A DNA stretch of 64,000 nucleotides from Candidatus Latescibacterota bacterium (lineage in GTDB: Bacteria > Latescibacterota > UBA2968): contig OZ242311.1 in the NCBI GenBank assembly GCA_965207885.1, forward strand, positions 640,001 through 704,000, written 5' to 3'. Within the stretch, counting starts at the first letter, position 1. The number at the start of each line of letters is the position of its first letter. The position numbers and the translations under genes are program-made. The notes under the pieces are model-generated. The model worked only from the letters and a program-made list of their open reading frames with translations. It was not told the origin of the DNA and ran no database searches. Below are positions 17,882 to 27,770 of the stretch, piece by piece.

Positions 17882-20278
17882 TTAATTTATCCATCCGGAT
17901 AGATCAGCCTCTAATTTGGGATCCAGTTCAAGTGCCCTTTGAAAGTGGTACAGAGCTTTGGGCTGGTCGTTCAGAAATCGGGCCGTGATTTTCCCTATAG
18001 TGGCGTGTACACCAGCTTGTTTATCGTCTAATTGTAACGATTGATCGAGATACTCTACTGCCTGTTTGTAGTCTTCTCCCTCAACAGCAATATTTGCCAG
18101 AGAATTATAAGCCACAGGTAGTGGGTGAATTTGGGTTGAATACAAGAGGACTTTCGCGGCTTCTTCTTTTTCCTGGCGTTCGTATAGACGATAGGCGAGA
18201 ACGATATACAGATTGGCTGCCTCGACTTCCTTTCCTGAGACGATTCGCTGAGTCCCTTCCTCAAGCACGGACAAAAATAGATCGGTCAGACCCAATTCCA
18301 ATAAACTCTGCCCGCTTCCCCAGAGCAGCCAATGCGAATTCAGATTGCGTGCTATCTCTGTCCAGTATGCCTGGGATAGTTTCAGGGCCTCTTCCCCTCG
18401 TTGCTTGTGTATTTCTGATGCAATGAGATAGACAATTTTCGATTGGGGAAATTGCGCTATCGCCCGTCTGGCCGCCAGCAGACTCTGGTCGAGATCTCCT
18501 GCCTGAAGCGCGGAACAGGCTGTCTCCAACAGAGGATCGACACAATGGGGATTTGTCGAGGATTGTTTCTGCAGGTTTGCCATGCCCTGCTGATAGGCGG
18601 CGTTTTTTCTGAAAATCATGACAGTTGGGTGCTCAAAGCCTACAAATGTCGGTTCACTGCCTTCATCTTTGAACGCTATACTACCCAGAGAGGGATAGTG
18701 CCTGAAGCGCTGGACCAAATCAAAACCCAACTTACCATCTACCAATGTTCGGTAGAAAGCTGCACCCCCCGGAACCAGTTCGGGGGCGGCAGTGAATTGT
18801 TGGTAGCGGTTGACGTCTGTTATGGCTATGTAATCCAGGGGGCGTAGCTGATCCTGTGCAAAAATGAACTCTGCTTTACAGGTCGCAAATCCACGTAATG
18901 CAAAGAGCGCTCCCATCCTGATCGGACGAACGGAATATTGCTCTGAATTGATCATTCCGCGCATAGAGAACCCACCCCTTTCGACACCGATCCGGCTATT
19001 GGCGGGGATGTGTTTGTCTATCCAGCGTGCGGCCTGGATGCGGCTGTCTTCTCTGGTATAGAGGCTGGCAAAAGCAACGCCGTATATGGTGCTGTACATA
19101 AATATTGCAGCGCAAATTCCTATGGCCAATTTTCGCACCCGTGCAAATTGAAGGGACCGGATGAACCAGACGCAAAAATCCGCCGACAAAAGAGCCAGGA
19201 AGGGCAGCAGAGGCAGAAGGTACCTTATGGGCTTGGCCTGCAAACCGCCGATTGCGTAAAAATAGATCCCGATCCAGAGCAAGATCAATCCTTTTTGATG
19301 GTCTATTTTCCAGAGGCTATAAGATAATCCAAATATGAAGAGGATGGTGAGAGGCCAACCCACTCCCAGAGGCCACAGATGGCTCCAGTGATACAGATAA
19401 GGGATGGTGTGGATATCTACCAGGCTCCAGATTGTGAGGAATTCTCCTCGCGCCCAGTCCATCGCAAAACCCAGACCGTAAGGATTTGTTTCCTGAAAAA
19501 TCAGGTCTCTGTCCAGGACGAGAAAAGGCTGGAGCGCGACCAGACACAACACGGTTGATAGACCCGCCAGCCAAATAGAGGGGGTCAGGACTGCTTTTAA
19601 TTGCCGCTGGTGGATGACATGGCCGACCAGCAATATAAATCCCGCTGATAAGCCTATCAGGCGCACGGCGGCACTGAGTCCGATCAATATGCCCGTCAAT
19701 ACAAACCACCGCCAATCAGGCCGTTCCAATGTTCTTAAAAGGACATACACGGTGGCCAGAATCAGCAGTGTGAACAATCCATCTACGGTATAGAAATGGG
19801 CCAGTTGAATTGCTATTGGGGCTACGGCTACGATGCAGACAGCGAGCAGACCTGTCAGGTCACTGAACCACCGGGTACCCAATAACCAGACCAGATACAG
19901 GGTCAGACAAGAAACCAGTACCGATAGGATACGAGCGGTGAAATATACATATCTGACCCTATCGGGTGATTTCTGGTTTGTAAAGTCCTGGCCCAAAATA
20001 ATTCTGTTAAAATTCAGTACACCTTTTAAAAAATAGATGGGCAGCATACCATAGCTGGTGATTTTGGGGGCGAGGGGATCAATGGGATCTAAAGCGGCCT
20101 GGATGAGGGCCGTTTCGTCGGGATGGAAATGGTAAAATGCCCTCTCAGATTGGCTTGCCCCGTCTATTACAAACGAACTGTCCCCTCTGGTCAATCCCAC
20201 AAAGCGCAGCGAACAGCCCAGTATGATGCATAATACTACACAGTGAGAAATTTTGATCTGCTTCCTGATCCCACGCAT
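17882..20278 (-). CDS. GT-C (PMT/ArnT-like) membrane glycosyltransferase with C-terminal TPRs
   Basis: FHPDE loop motif, AHFYTVD, RYLLPLLP, TPRs ending ALYHFQRALELDP. Confidence 0.8.
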   Translation of the reverse strand: MRGIRKQIKISHCVVLCIILGCSLRFVGLTRGDSSFVIDGASQSERAFYHFHPDETALIQAALDPIDPLAPKITSYGMLPIYFLKGVLNFNRIILGQDFTNQKSPDRVRYVYFTARILSVLVSCLTLYLVWLLGTRWFSDLTGLLAVCIVAVAPIAIQLAHFYTVDGLFTLLILATVYVLLRTLERPDWRWFVLTGILIGLSAAVRLIGLSAGFILLVGHVIHQRQLKAVLTPSIWLAGLSTVLCLVALQPFLVLDRDLIFQETNPYGLGFAMDWARGEFLTIWSLVDIHTIPYLYHWSHLWPLGVGWPLTILFIFGLSYSLWKIDHQKGLILLWIGIYFYAIGGLQAKPIRYLLPLLPFLALLSADFCVWFIRSLQFARVRKLAIGICAAIFMYSTIYGVAFASLYTREDSRIQAARWIDKHIPANSRIGVERGGFSMRGMINSEQYSVRPIRMGALFALRGFATCKAEFIFAQDQLRPLDYIAITDVNRYQQFTAAPELVPGGAAFYRTLVDGKLGFDLVQRFRHYPSLGSIAFKDEGSEPTFVGFEHPTVMIFRKNAAYQQGMANLQKQSSTNPHCVDPLLETACSALQAGDLDQSLLAARRAIAQFPQSKIVYLIASEIHKQRGEEALKLSQAYWTEIARNLNSHWLLWGSGQSLLELGLTDLFLSVLEEGTQRIVSGKEVEAANLYIVLAYRLYERQEKEEAAKVLLYSTQIHPLPVAYNSLANIAVEGEDYKQAVEYLDQSLQLDDKQAGVHATIGKITARFLNDQPKALYHFQRALELDPKLEADLSGWIN

Positions 20279-20327
20279 GGGTTAGGTTCCTGAATGGTCT
20301 TTCAAATAAGTTTCTTGGCTGAATCCA

Positions 20328-20433
20328 CTGGACGCCTGCTTAAAACATGCAGAGCCTGCCCCTGTATGCTCTAAGCAGGGGCGTGACGAACGGGAGTTGT
20401 CATTGCGGCAGGGTTTTAGCCGCAGAAGGTTTT
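20328..20433. repeat. Inverted doublet of palindromic repeats with nested module
   Basis: CTGGACGCCTGC...GCAG[AGCCTGCCCCTG..CAGG]GGCGTGACG then GTCATTGCGG...CCGCAGAAGGTTTT. Confidence 0.8.
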
Positions 20434-20528
20434 GCTTTTGTTTTTATCCTGCCCATCCTTTCATCCTGCCCATCCTGATGAACTGGTCTGGAAAACGACC
20501 AGTTGTACACCGCTTCAGACAGAGGTTT

Positions 20529-21407
20529 TCAATAGATCACTTTGTTTAAGGGATATTCGATGATGCCTTCGGCGCCCGATTTTTTGAGTTTTGGTATGAG
20601 GTCGCGCACGATGCGTTCATCGACGATGACTTCGATGGCGACCCAGTTTTCGTCGAGTAAGTTGGCGATGGTGGGGTTGTTGAGCGCGGGTAAGTTTTTG
20701 ACGATTTGAGCGAGATCGGCGCGGCGTACGTTCATTTTGAGGCCGACTTTGTCTTCGGCGTTGAATGCGCCGATGAGCAAGGTGGCGATGTGTTGCGCTT
20801 TTTCGCGTTTCCACGCATCGTTATAGGCATTTTTGTTGGCGATGAGTCTGGGGGTGGTTTCAAACATGGTGTCTATGACGCGCAGGTTGTTGGCGCGCAG
20901 AGAGGATCCGGTTTCGGTGAGTTCGGCGATGGCATCGACGAGGCCGGGTACGCGGACTTTGGCTTCGGTAGATCCCCAGGAGTATTCGACTTCGGCGGTT
21001 ATGCCGTGGTTTTTGAGGTGGTTGCGCGTGGCTGTGACGAGTTCGGTGGCGATGCGTTTGCCCTGCAGGTCCTGGATGGTCTGAATGTCCGAGTCTTCGG
21101 GTACCGCGATGATCCAGCGCGCGGGTTGCGATGTGGTTTTGCTGTAGGCAAATTCGGCGATTTCGATGATGTCGGCTTCGTTTTCCAGGATCCAGTCAAT
21201 GCCGGTGAGTCCAATGTCGAGGACGCCGCGTTCGACGTAGTGCGCGATTTCCTGGGCGCGCAGAAATAAGCCCTCGAGTTCGGGGTCGTCGATGACGGGC
21301 GTGTAGGACCGGTGGCTGGTGCGGATGCGATAACCGGCTTTGGCAAATAGGGTGAGCGTAGATTCCTGAAGGCTTCCGGAGGGAAGGCCGATTTTTAATA
21401 TGGGCAT
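20529..21407 (-). CDS. hisG: ATP phosphoribosyltransferase (long form)
   Basis: GLPSGSLQ, RAQEI, DIGLTGIDW, GSTEAK, TETGSSLRAN, C-terminal regulatory domain. Confidence 0.97.
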   Translation of the reverse strand: MPILKIGLPSGSLQESTLTLFAKAGYRIRTSHRSYTPVIDDPELEGLFLRAQEIAHYVERGVLDIGLTGIDWILENEADIIEIAEFAYSKTTSQPARWIIAVPEDSDIQTIQDLQGKRIATELVTATRNHLKNHGITAEVEYSWGSTEAKVRVPGLVDAIAELTETGSSLRANNLRVIDTMFETTPRLIANKNAYNDAWKREKAQHIATLLIGAFNAEDKVGLKMNVRRADLAQIVKNLPALNNPTIANLLDENWVAIEVIVDERIVRDLIPKLKKSGAEGIIEYPLNKVIY

Positions 21408-21610
21408 AAGGGGTCTGCTCCTGTATTAACACATAAATCAAATGTACTAAAACAAATGAATTATACACACCCTCATTTATTTTTTTCATTTACTACTTTA
21501 TCTACATCTGTATAAGATAAGATTTTTTGTTTTTTTTGGGAAATTTAATGCCTATAATTATGAAAATCGAGTTCCTCCAGAAGAATTGACCTGACAACAG
21601 GAGTCTAATC

Positions 21611-22105
21611 ATGGGAAAATCACATCTCGTCGGTTTGATTACGGATACACACGATAATAAACACGCGATTGAGAAGGCTATGAGGCTTTTCAATGCGCGC
21701 GATGTGGGGCTGGTGCTGCACGGGGGCGATTATATCGCGCCGTTTAATGCGCGCTGGATGGGCGATTTGACGGTGCCTTTTGTCGGGGTTTTTGGGAATA
21801 ACGATGGGGAGAAGTTCGGTTTGCGGGCACTTTTTGAAGATCTGGGACCGATTCACCGCCCGCCTTATGTACAAGAGTGGGAGGGCAAGCGCATTTTGAT
21901 GTTGCACGAGCCAGATGAGGTGGATGCTCTGGCGAATAGCGGTGCTTATGATGTGATTTTTTACGGGCATACGCACGAGATTGATGTGCGAAGAGGAGAT
22001 ACGCTGGTGATTAATCCGGGAGAGGCGTGTGGGTGGACGACGGGGCGGGAGACGGTGGGGATTCTGGATTTGAATGCGATGGATGTGGAGATTGTGGATT
22101 TGTAG
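21611..22105 (+). CDS. Metallophosphoesterase (YfcE/MJ0936 family)
   Basis: DTHD, HGGD, GNND, GHTH, INPG. Confidence 0.9.
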   Translation: MGKSHLVGLITDTHDNKHAIEKAMRLFNARDVGLVLHGGDYIAPFNARWMGDLTVPFVGVFGNNDGEKFGLRALFEDLGPIHRPPYVQEWEGKRILMLHEPDEVDALANSGAYDVIFYGHTHEIDVRRGDTLVINPGEACGWTTGRETVGILDLNAMDVEIVDL

Positions 22106-22117
22106 GGGAGGTGCAAT

Positions 22118-23932
22118 ATGAGCGCGCATATTGACGGCATAGTGGCGCTGATGCCCAGGGAGCCTGGTGTGTACATTATGAAGGGCGACGAGGGGCAGAT
22201 TATTTATATCGGCAAGGCAAAGGTGTTGCGCAGCCGGGTGCAGCAGTATTTTCGTCCGAATGCCCATGATGGGCGGCGGCAGTTTCGGGCACTGGTTCGC
22301 AATGTGCGCGATTTGGAATATATTGTTACGGATACGGAGTTGGAGGCGTTGATTTTAGAAGCGAATTTGATTAAGGCACACAAGCCGCGCTACAATATCA
22401 GTTTGAAGGACGATAAGAAGTATCCGTATATCCGCATTACAAAGGAGGCGTTTCCCCGCGTTGTGGTGACGCGCGATGTGGTGAAGGATGGGTCGCGCTA
22501 TTTGGGTCCTTATACGGATGTGCGGGCGATGCGGCGGATGGTGGAGACGATGCACCGGTTGTTTCGGATTCGGAGTTGTGATTACGATTTGCCAAAGGCC
22601 AATGTGCGGTTGTGTCTGGATTACGAGATCAAGCGGTGCGATGGGCCCTGCGAGGGGTTGATTGTGGCAGACGCGTATCAGAAGATTGTGGATGAGGCGG
22701 TGTTGTTTTTGACGGGGCGGCATACGCAGGTTATGGTGACGCTTAAAGAGCGGATGAGGCAGGCGGCAGAGGCGCTGAGGTTCGAGGAGGCGGCGATTTA
22801 TCGGGATCGCATTCAGGCGCTGGAGCAGGCTTCGAGCCGGCAAAAGGTGGTGTCCAATGATTTGACGGATTGGGATGCGATTGCGGTTGCGCGGGAAGAT
22901 GACGAGGCTTGCGGGGTGGTGATGGAGGTGCGCGATGGGCGGTTGATCGGGCGACAGAATTATTTTCTCGGCGGGGTGCTGGATGCGTCTGAAGAGGAGG
23001 TGGTTTCAAAATTTGTGCAGTTGTTTTACGCGACGGCTACATTTGTGCCGCGAGAGGTGTGCCTGCCGGGTGATATCGAGGATCGGGAGACGGTGCTCGA
23101 TTGGCTCACAGAGCGTTCAGAAGGCGGGGTTGAGATGCGCGTGCCCCAGCGGGGGGATAAGTTTCGGCTGATAAAGATGGCGGAGAATAATGCGCGGCTG
23201 TTGTTGACGGAGCGGCGGTTGAAGCGCGAGAATCGCAGGTCGCAAGCGCCGGCAGCCGTGCAGGCGCTTCAGCGCGATTTGCATCTGGAGAAGCCGCCGC
23301 GGTGGATTGAGGCGGTGGATATTTCAAATATTCAGGGGTCGGATCCGGTGGCGTCGCTGGTGTGTTTTGTGGATGGCAGGGCGCGAAAGCGCGAGTACCG
23401 GCATTTTAAAATTACGGGGATTGAAGGTCCCAATGATTTTGCGATGATGCAGCAGGTGGTGACGCGGCGGTTTAAGCGGCTGATGGAGGAGGGCAAGTCT
23501 TTTCCGGATTTGCTGTTGGTTGACGGGGGCAAGGGTCAGCTTTCGAGTGTGGTTGAGGCGCTGCGAGCGTTGGGGATTGAAGATCAACCGGTGATTGGAC
23601 TGGCGAAGCGGTTGGAGGAGGTGTTTTTGCCGGGTCTGTCCGATCCGCAGAATATTCCGAAGTCGTCGTCGTCGTTGAAGTTGTTGCAGATGTTGCGCGA
23701 TGAGTCGCACCGGTTTGCGATTGAATACCACCGCAAGTTGCGACAGAAGCGGACGCTGACGTCGGAGTTGGACGAGATTCCCGGGGTGGGTCCGTCGCGG
23801 CGCATCGCACTGTTGAAGCATTTCGGTTCGGTGAAGCGGATCCGAGAGGCAGAGGTCGAAGAGGTGGCAGAGGTCGAGGGGGTAGGGTTGCGGTTGGCTG
23901 AGGTGATTTGTGAGGGGTTGAGGAAAATGTAG
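22118..23932 (+). CDS. uvrC: Excinuclease ABC subunit C
   Basis: PGVY..YIGKA, UVR domain, DISN, DGGKGQ, RDESHRFAI, HhH. Confidence 0.97.
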   Translation: MSAHIDGIVALMPREPGVYIMKGDEGQIIYIGKAKVLRSRVQQYFRPNAHDGRRQFRALVRNVRDLEYIVTDTELEALILEANLIKAHKPRYNISLKDDKKYPYIRITKEAFPRVVVTRDVVKDGSRYLGPYTDVRAMRRMVETMHRLFRIRSCDYDLPKANVRLCLDYEIKRCDGPCEGLIVADAYQKIVDEAVLFLTGRHTQVMVTLKERMRQAAEALRFEEAAIYRDRIQALEQASSRQKVVSNDLTDWDAIAVAREDDEACGVVMEVRDGRLIGRQNYFLGGVLDASEEEVVSKFVQLFYATATFVPREVCLPGDIEDRETVLDWLTERSEGGVEMRVPQRGDKFRLIKMAENNARLLLTERRLKRENRRSQAPAAVQALQRDLHLEKPPRWIEAVDISNIQGSDPVASLVCFVDGRARKREYRHFKITGIEGPNDFAMMQQVVTRRFKRLMEEGKSFPDLLLVDGGKGQLSSVVEALRALGIEDQPVIGLAKRLEEVFLPGLSDPQNIPKSSSSLKLLQMLRDESHRFAIEYHRKLRQKRTLTSELDEIPGVGPSRRIALLKHFGSVKRIREAEVEEVAEVEGVGLRLAEVICEGLRKM

Positions 23933-23959
23933 TGGCGAGGTAGGCCTCGTCCCTGAAGG

Positions 23960-24193
23960 TTAAGATTTATTCAGCGTCAAAATGATGGTGATAGCCGTTC
24001 CGATATTGGTAAGGAGAACTGTAATCAGTAAGCCGACTGTCCACTTAAAGTTGCTGTTGATTCGATTCTCGATATTCGTAAAACGGTTGTCCATGTTGTT
24101 TAATCGATTGTCGATGCTATTCAATCGGTGGTTGATCTGCTCAACGATCGCTTCAAGGGCTGCGACACGGCTTTCAATGGTGGGAACGTTCAT
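23960..24193 (-). CDS. Small coiled-coil protein with C-terminal TM anchor
   Basis: Heptads RLNSIDN/RLNNMDN/RFTNIEN then hydrophobic tail; AAGGA RBS. Confidence 0.7.
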   Translation of the reverse strand: MNVPTIESRVAALEAIVEQINHRLNSIDNRLNNMDNRFTNIENRINSNFKWTVGLLITVLLTNIGTAITIILTLNKS

Positions 24194-24280
24194 AATGCGT
24201 CCTTTTTGTGTGCAAAGAGTATATTCAGTTCTATGTGTTTTGTCAACGCGATATCCTCATTTTTTCTCTGGTGATAAATC

Positions 24281-25201
24281 ATGTCTATAGACCAGATACA
24301 AATTGCCTCGGAACTTCAGCGCGCGTTGCAGAGGTTTCTCGATTCTGTGACGCTGGAGCGCGGGTTGTCGGATAATACGGCGCGTGCTTATGAGCGCGAT
24401 TTGAGCCGGTATTTGACGCTGTTGACCGATTTGGGGATCCGCGCGCCGGATGAGATTTCTCAGACAGAGGTGTCCGCGCTGTTGAATTTGCTTTCGGAGA
24501 TGGGGCTGGAGGCGTCGAGTGTGGCGCGCAATTTGACGGCGGTGCGGATGTTTCACCGGTTTTTGTTGGGGGAGGGTCTCGCGCGCCGGGATCCGACGGA
24601 GCATTTGAAGCCGCCTAAGTTGGGGCGAAAGCTGCCTTCGGTGCTGAATATTTACGAGGTTGAGCGGTTGATGCTGGCACCGGATGTGGAGACGCCCCTG
24701 GGGTTGCGCGATCGCGCGCTTATAGAGATGCTTTATGGGGCGGGGTTGCGGGTGTCGGAGTTGATCGGCTTGTCGCAGGTGGATTTGCTGTTTGATGTGG
24801 AGGTGGTTCGGGTGCTGGGCAAGGGCGGGCGCGAGCGGGTGGTGCCGATTGGGTCAGAGGGTATTGAGTGGGTGACGGCGTATTTGCATGCGGTGCGTCC
24901 TGGTCTGGTTAAGCCCCATACCGGGGTTGAGGTGTTTTTGAATTTTCGCGGTGGTCCGTTGTCGCGGATGGGCGTGTGGAAGGTGCTGAGGCAATACGTG
25001 GTGCTGGCGGGGTTGGAGAAGAAGGTGAGTCCACATACGTTGCGGCATTCTTTTGCGACGCATTTGCTGGAGGGTGGCGCAGATTTGCGGGCGGTGCAAG
25101 AGATGCTGGGGCATGCGGATATTTCAACGACGCAGATTTATACCCATGTCGATCGGGAGTATTTGAAGGAGGTGCACCGGACGTTTCATCCGAGGGCGTG
25201 A
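24281..25201 (+). CDS. xerD: Tyrosine recombinase XerD
   Basis: ERGLSDNT..AY.RDL, RDRA..EMLYGAGLRVSEL, SPHTLRHSFATHLL, TTQIYTHV. Confidence 0.92.
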   Translation: MSIDQIQIASELQRALQRFLDSVTLERGLSDNTARAYERDLSRYLTLLTDLGIRAPDEISQTEVSALLNLLSEMGLEASSVARNLTAVRMFHRFLLGEGLARRDPTEHLKPPKLGRKLPSVLNIYEVERLMLAPDVETPLGLRDRALIEMLYGAGLRVSELIGLSQVDLLFDVEVVRVLGKGGRERVVPIGSEGIEWVTAYLHAVRPGLVKPHTGVEVFLNFRGGPLSRMGVWKVLRQYVVLAGLEKKVSPHTLRHSFATHLLEGGADLRAVQEMLGHADISTTQIYTHVDREYLKEVHRTFHPRA

Positions 25202-25264
25202 GGGGTGTGAAGAGGCCTCACACAAAGACATAAAGACACAAAGGTACGGAACGATAAAGGCACT

Positions 25265-25297
25265 CGTCATCGCGGCATGTTTAAAGCCGCGATCCAG
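25265..25297 (+). repeat. CGTCA...TCCAG palindromic repeat
   Basis: CGTCATCGCGGCATGTTTAAAGCCGCGATCCAG. Confidence 0.9.
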
Positions 25298-25421
25298 AAA
25301 GTTAGGTGCTTTCATGGCCTCTGCAAGAGGCATGGTTTTATATTGCGGGAGAAATATTTTACCTTATTTTTTCTTTATTCGCAGTTGTCATAGAAAAAAC
25401 GATTTTACAAGGGAGGTTGTT

Positions 25422-25787
25422 ATGTTTCGAGATATTTGTCGCGTGTTCGCGTTGGCACTCGTGGCTGGTGTGATATGGGGTAATGCACAGATCACGAGTT
25501 CTTCCGCGATGGCCGCCGATGATGAGGATGCGCTCACCAAAGCTTATGTAATGAAGGCCATTGAGCGTTACCAGCGCGATGGCCGGGAAGCCACACTCGC
25601 ATACTACAGTAGCCGAGAAAGTATCGAAGGCGAGCGGCTCATGCTTATCATTGACCCGCAGCAAAGCATCATACTGGCAAGTGGTTTATCCACGCGCGTC
25701 GGTGCGCCCGCGCCCGCCCTCGGTCCAGTCACTCCGGAAGGCATCTGGATGGATCATCAAGGTATTCATCCCAGAACCCGACAGTTA
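25422..25787 (+). pseudogene. Secreted tandem Cache-domain protein, 5' fragment
   Basis: GGGAGG RBS, signal peptide, TKAYVMKAIERYQRDG repeat unit; frame rejoins 30736 once the element and one TSD are removed. Confidence 0.85.
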
Positions 25788-25816
25788 GGGAATTATATAC
25801 AATAGTGCCGAAGTGA

Positions 25817-26281
25817 TTAAAAACGCTTGAGTGCTTCAGCAAAGTAGTCAATTTTCCGGTTGGGCACATCTTCGCCATTGTATTGCATCTCTATATACAC
25901 GCGCGGCGTTGGGTGCCTGTTTCGGTCATATTCACTGCGTAGTTCTATTGCAGTCTGTCCATTGTCCGTGATCCAGGTCGGGTTCAGGTATGCACAGTCT
26001 TTAACCGGATCCCCGTTTTTCTCTATAAGCACATTTTGGACATTCTCATATAACTTGTCACATTTCTGAAACAAGCAATAATCCAAAGATATGAGCTTAT
26101 ATATGTCTTCTTCTCGGCTAAAACGGTAGCTCAAAACACCCTCACACCTAAGGACCCACCCTTTATATGACAGTGTGAGTTGGTCTTCCTTGTGCAACTC
26201 CCACCCCGAACCTTCTTCGGATGCTTTTACTTCTTCCCGAGAAGCACCCCAGTACGTATTCAATACTTTTATTCTGGACAT
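25817..26281 (-). CDS. Hypothetical cargo protein (154 aa)
   Basis: GGAGG RBS; YWGASREEVKASE N-terminus; stop abuts the left TIR. Confidence 0.7.
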   Translation of the reverse strand: MSRIKVLNTYWGASREEVKASEEGSGWELHKEDQLTLSYKGWVLRCEGVLSYRFSREEDIYKLISLDYCLFQKCDKLYENVQNVLIEKNGDPVKDCAYLNPTWITDNGQTAIELRSEYDRNRHPTPRVYIEMQYNGEDVPNRKIDYFAEALKRF

Positions 26282-26347
26282 ATTATCCCTCCAAAAAGTT
26301 TTTCTTTGCTCTACGGCAAAGTGTAACTATATTGCTCTTGTTCATCA

Positions 26348-26880
26348 TTAGGTAGTGTCTGAAAAGTAAGCTTTGAAGAGTTGTCTGATACAGGCCAGCT
26401 TGACCATAGTGAGAAAATGAGTCGCCTTTTTTTCAAATCGGGTCACAATCCGTCGGCAGTGTTTAAGCCAACCAAAGAGACGCTCCACGATATTGCGTTT
26501 GGCATATAATCTTTTATCACACTTAGGCCGTGGTCCTCTCTTACGCCGTTTTCTGCCTTTGGGAATCGCCTTGTTTGGGATAGCAGCCTTGATACCCCGT
26601 TTGCGTAGATAGACTCTGATGCGTGAGACATCATAAGATTTATCAGCTACCAGATACTTGGGTCGGTTTCTTGGACGCCCTCGTTTGGTGGGTATGCATA
26701 CCTTTGACAGTAGCCTTTCAGCCTGTGTGGATTCTGACTGGTTACCAGGGAGAAGATCCACTGCTAAAGGATGCCCGACTGCATCGCAAAGAAGATGGAT
26801 TTTCGTGGTCAAACCGCCACGAGAGCGTCCTAAAGCGTGATCTGGGGGCTCTTCTTCACCCTTTTTGCCCTTTTTTTTTC
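26348..26880 (-). CDS. IS5 transposase OrfB (catalytic part, reached by a frame change)
   Basis: GRSRGGLTTKIH, ADKSYD, YAKRNIVERLFGWLKHCRRIVTRFEK. Confidence 0.85.
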
Positions 26881-27287
26881 GCTCCTGCCGCGGCTTGTGT
26901 GGCTCGAATATGGGTTGCATCCATCATCCAGGTCGCATAATCTAAAAGACCATCTTCACCCAATTTGAGATGTAGCTTTTCTACAATGCGATCAAAGGTG
27001 CCATCCTGTTTCCATTTGCAGAATCGGTCAAAGGCTGTCTGCCAAGGACCATATCGTTCTGGCAGGTCGCGCCAAGCTGCACCTGAACACAATATCCAGA
27101 AGATCCCGTTGAATAATGTACGATCATCCCGACGGGGACGACCCATCTTCTTCGGCGGTGGGAACAGGTCTTGGATCAGATGCCAAGCCTCGTCGCGCAG
27201 TTCATATCTCCGTTGCATATCATACTCCTTGGTTTAGGGCGTATGCTGCAACTAAAATACATACTTTACGACTTTTCAGACACTACC
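26351..27287 (-). mobile_element. IS5-family (IS427-like) insertion sequence
   Basis: 17 bp TIRs GGTAGTGTCTGAAAAGT, TA duplication, two-ORF transposase. Confidence 0.9.
26856..27218 (-). CDS. IS5 transposase OrfA
   Basis: RYEL.D..W, NGIFWIL.SGA.WRDLPERYGPWQT, DATHIRA, ends at an A9 run. Confidence 0.88.
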   Translation of the reverse strand: MQRRYELRDEAWHLIQDLFPPPKKMGRPRRDDRTLFNGIFWILCSGAAWRDLPERYGPWQTAFDRFCKWKQDGTFDRIVEKLHLKLGEDGLLDYATWMMDATHIRATQAAAGAKKKGQKG

Positions 27288-27706
27288 TAGGCAAACACCC
27301 GGAGGTCGGGTGGCCTACTAAATACAAGAGCCTTACAAAGGTCGGACTTGCTACCCGACCGGTGAATAGGTAGGACTTTCCGTAGATGTGTTTGCGTAAT
27401 GGTGAACTCCGCCCGGCACCTTTTTAAGTGCCGAGAGGGGGCACAGCATCATGCTTGCACATCCCTTCTGATCGAAGATAAAATCGCCTTACGCGAGATT
27501 ATGTGCCAAAGCCCTGGCGGATAAACAGTTATCGTTTATTGTCCGCCGGGGCTTTTTGTTTTTGCTGTGCCTCACGCACCGTGCTGTTCATCATCATTGG
27601 CATTGCGCTACCAAATGCATGAGCACTTCGGAGACAGGTTGCTAATCTGTCCAGGCAGTGGGGCACAGCTTGAACGGAAAGGAGGTGAATTAGGTTAATT
27701 CAGCCT
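27288..27706 (+). ncRNA. Putative structured ncRNA or long leader; its 5' end (26340-26350) is separated by the IS5
   Basis: Multiple long pairings: GCAAACAC/GTGTTTGC, GGTCGGGTGGC/GCTACCCGACC, GCACAT/ATGTGC, GCTGTGCCTCAC/GTGGGGCACAGC; no credible ORF. Confidence 0.5.
27508..27563 (+). terminator. Intrinsic terminator-like hairpin inside the structured region
   Basis: AAAGCCCTGGCGGA...TCCGCCGGGGCTTTTTGTTTTT. Confidence 0.65.
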
Positions 27707-27770
27707 CATTGTAGTATGCCACAAAAACAACCAATTCGCAAGTTTTTACAACAAGGAAAGGAGAAGAGTA

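Noticed and set aside
21408-21610. his attenuator leader peptide upstream of hisG
   Set aside because: No His-codon-rich short ORF or terminator/antiterminator pair seen
24281-25201. Phage or island integrase for the adjacent accessory region
   Set aside because: Sequence is a typical XerD with native codon bias, and the neighbouring insertions are explained by their own TIRs and TSDs
27455-27507. Hammerhead ribozyme in the three-way junction
   Set aside because: CTGATCGA does not match CUGANGA and no correctly placed GAAA core is present
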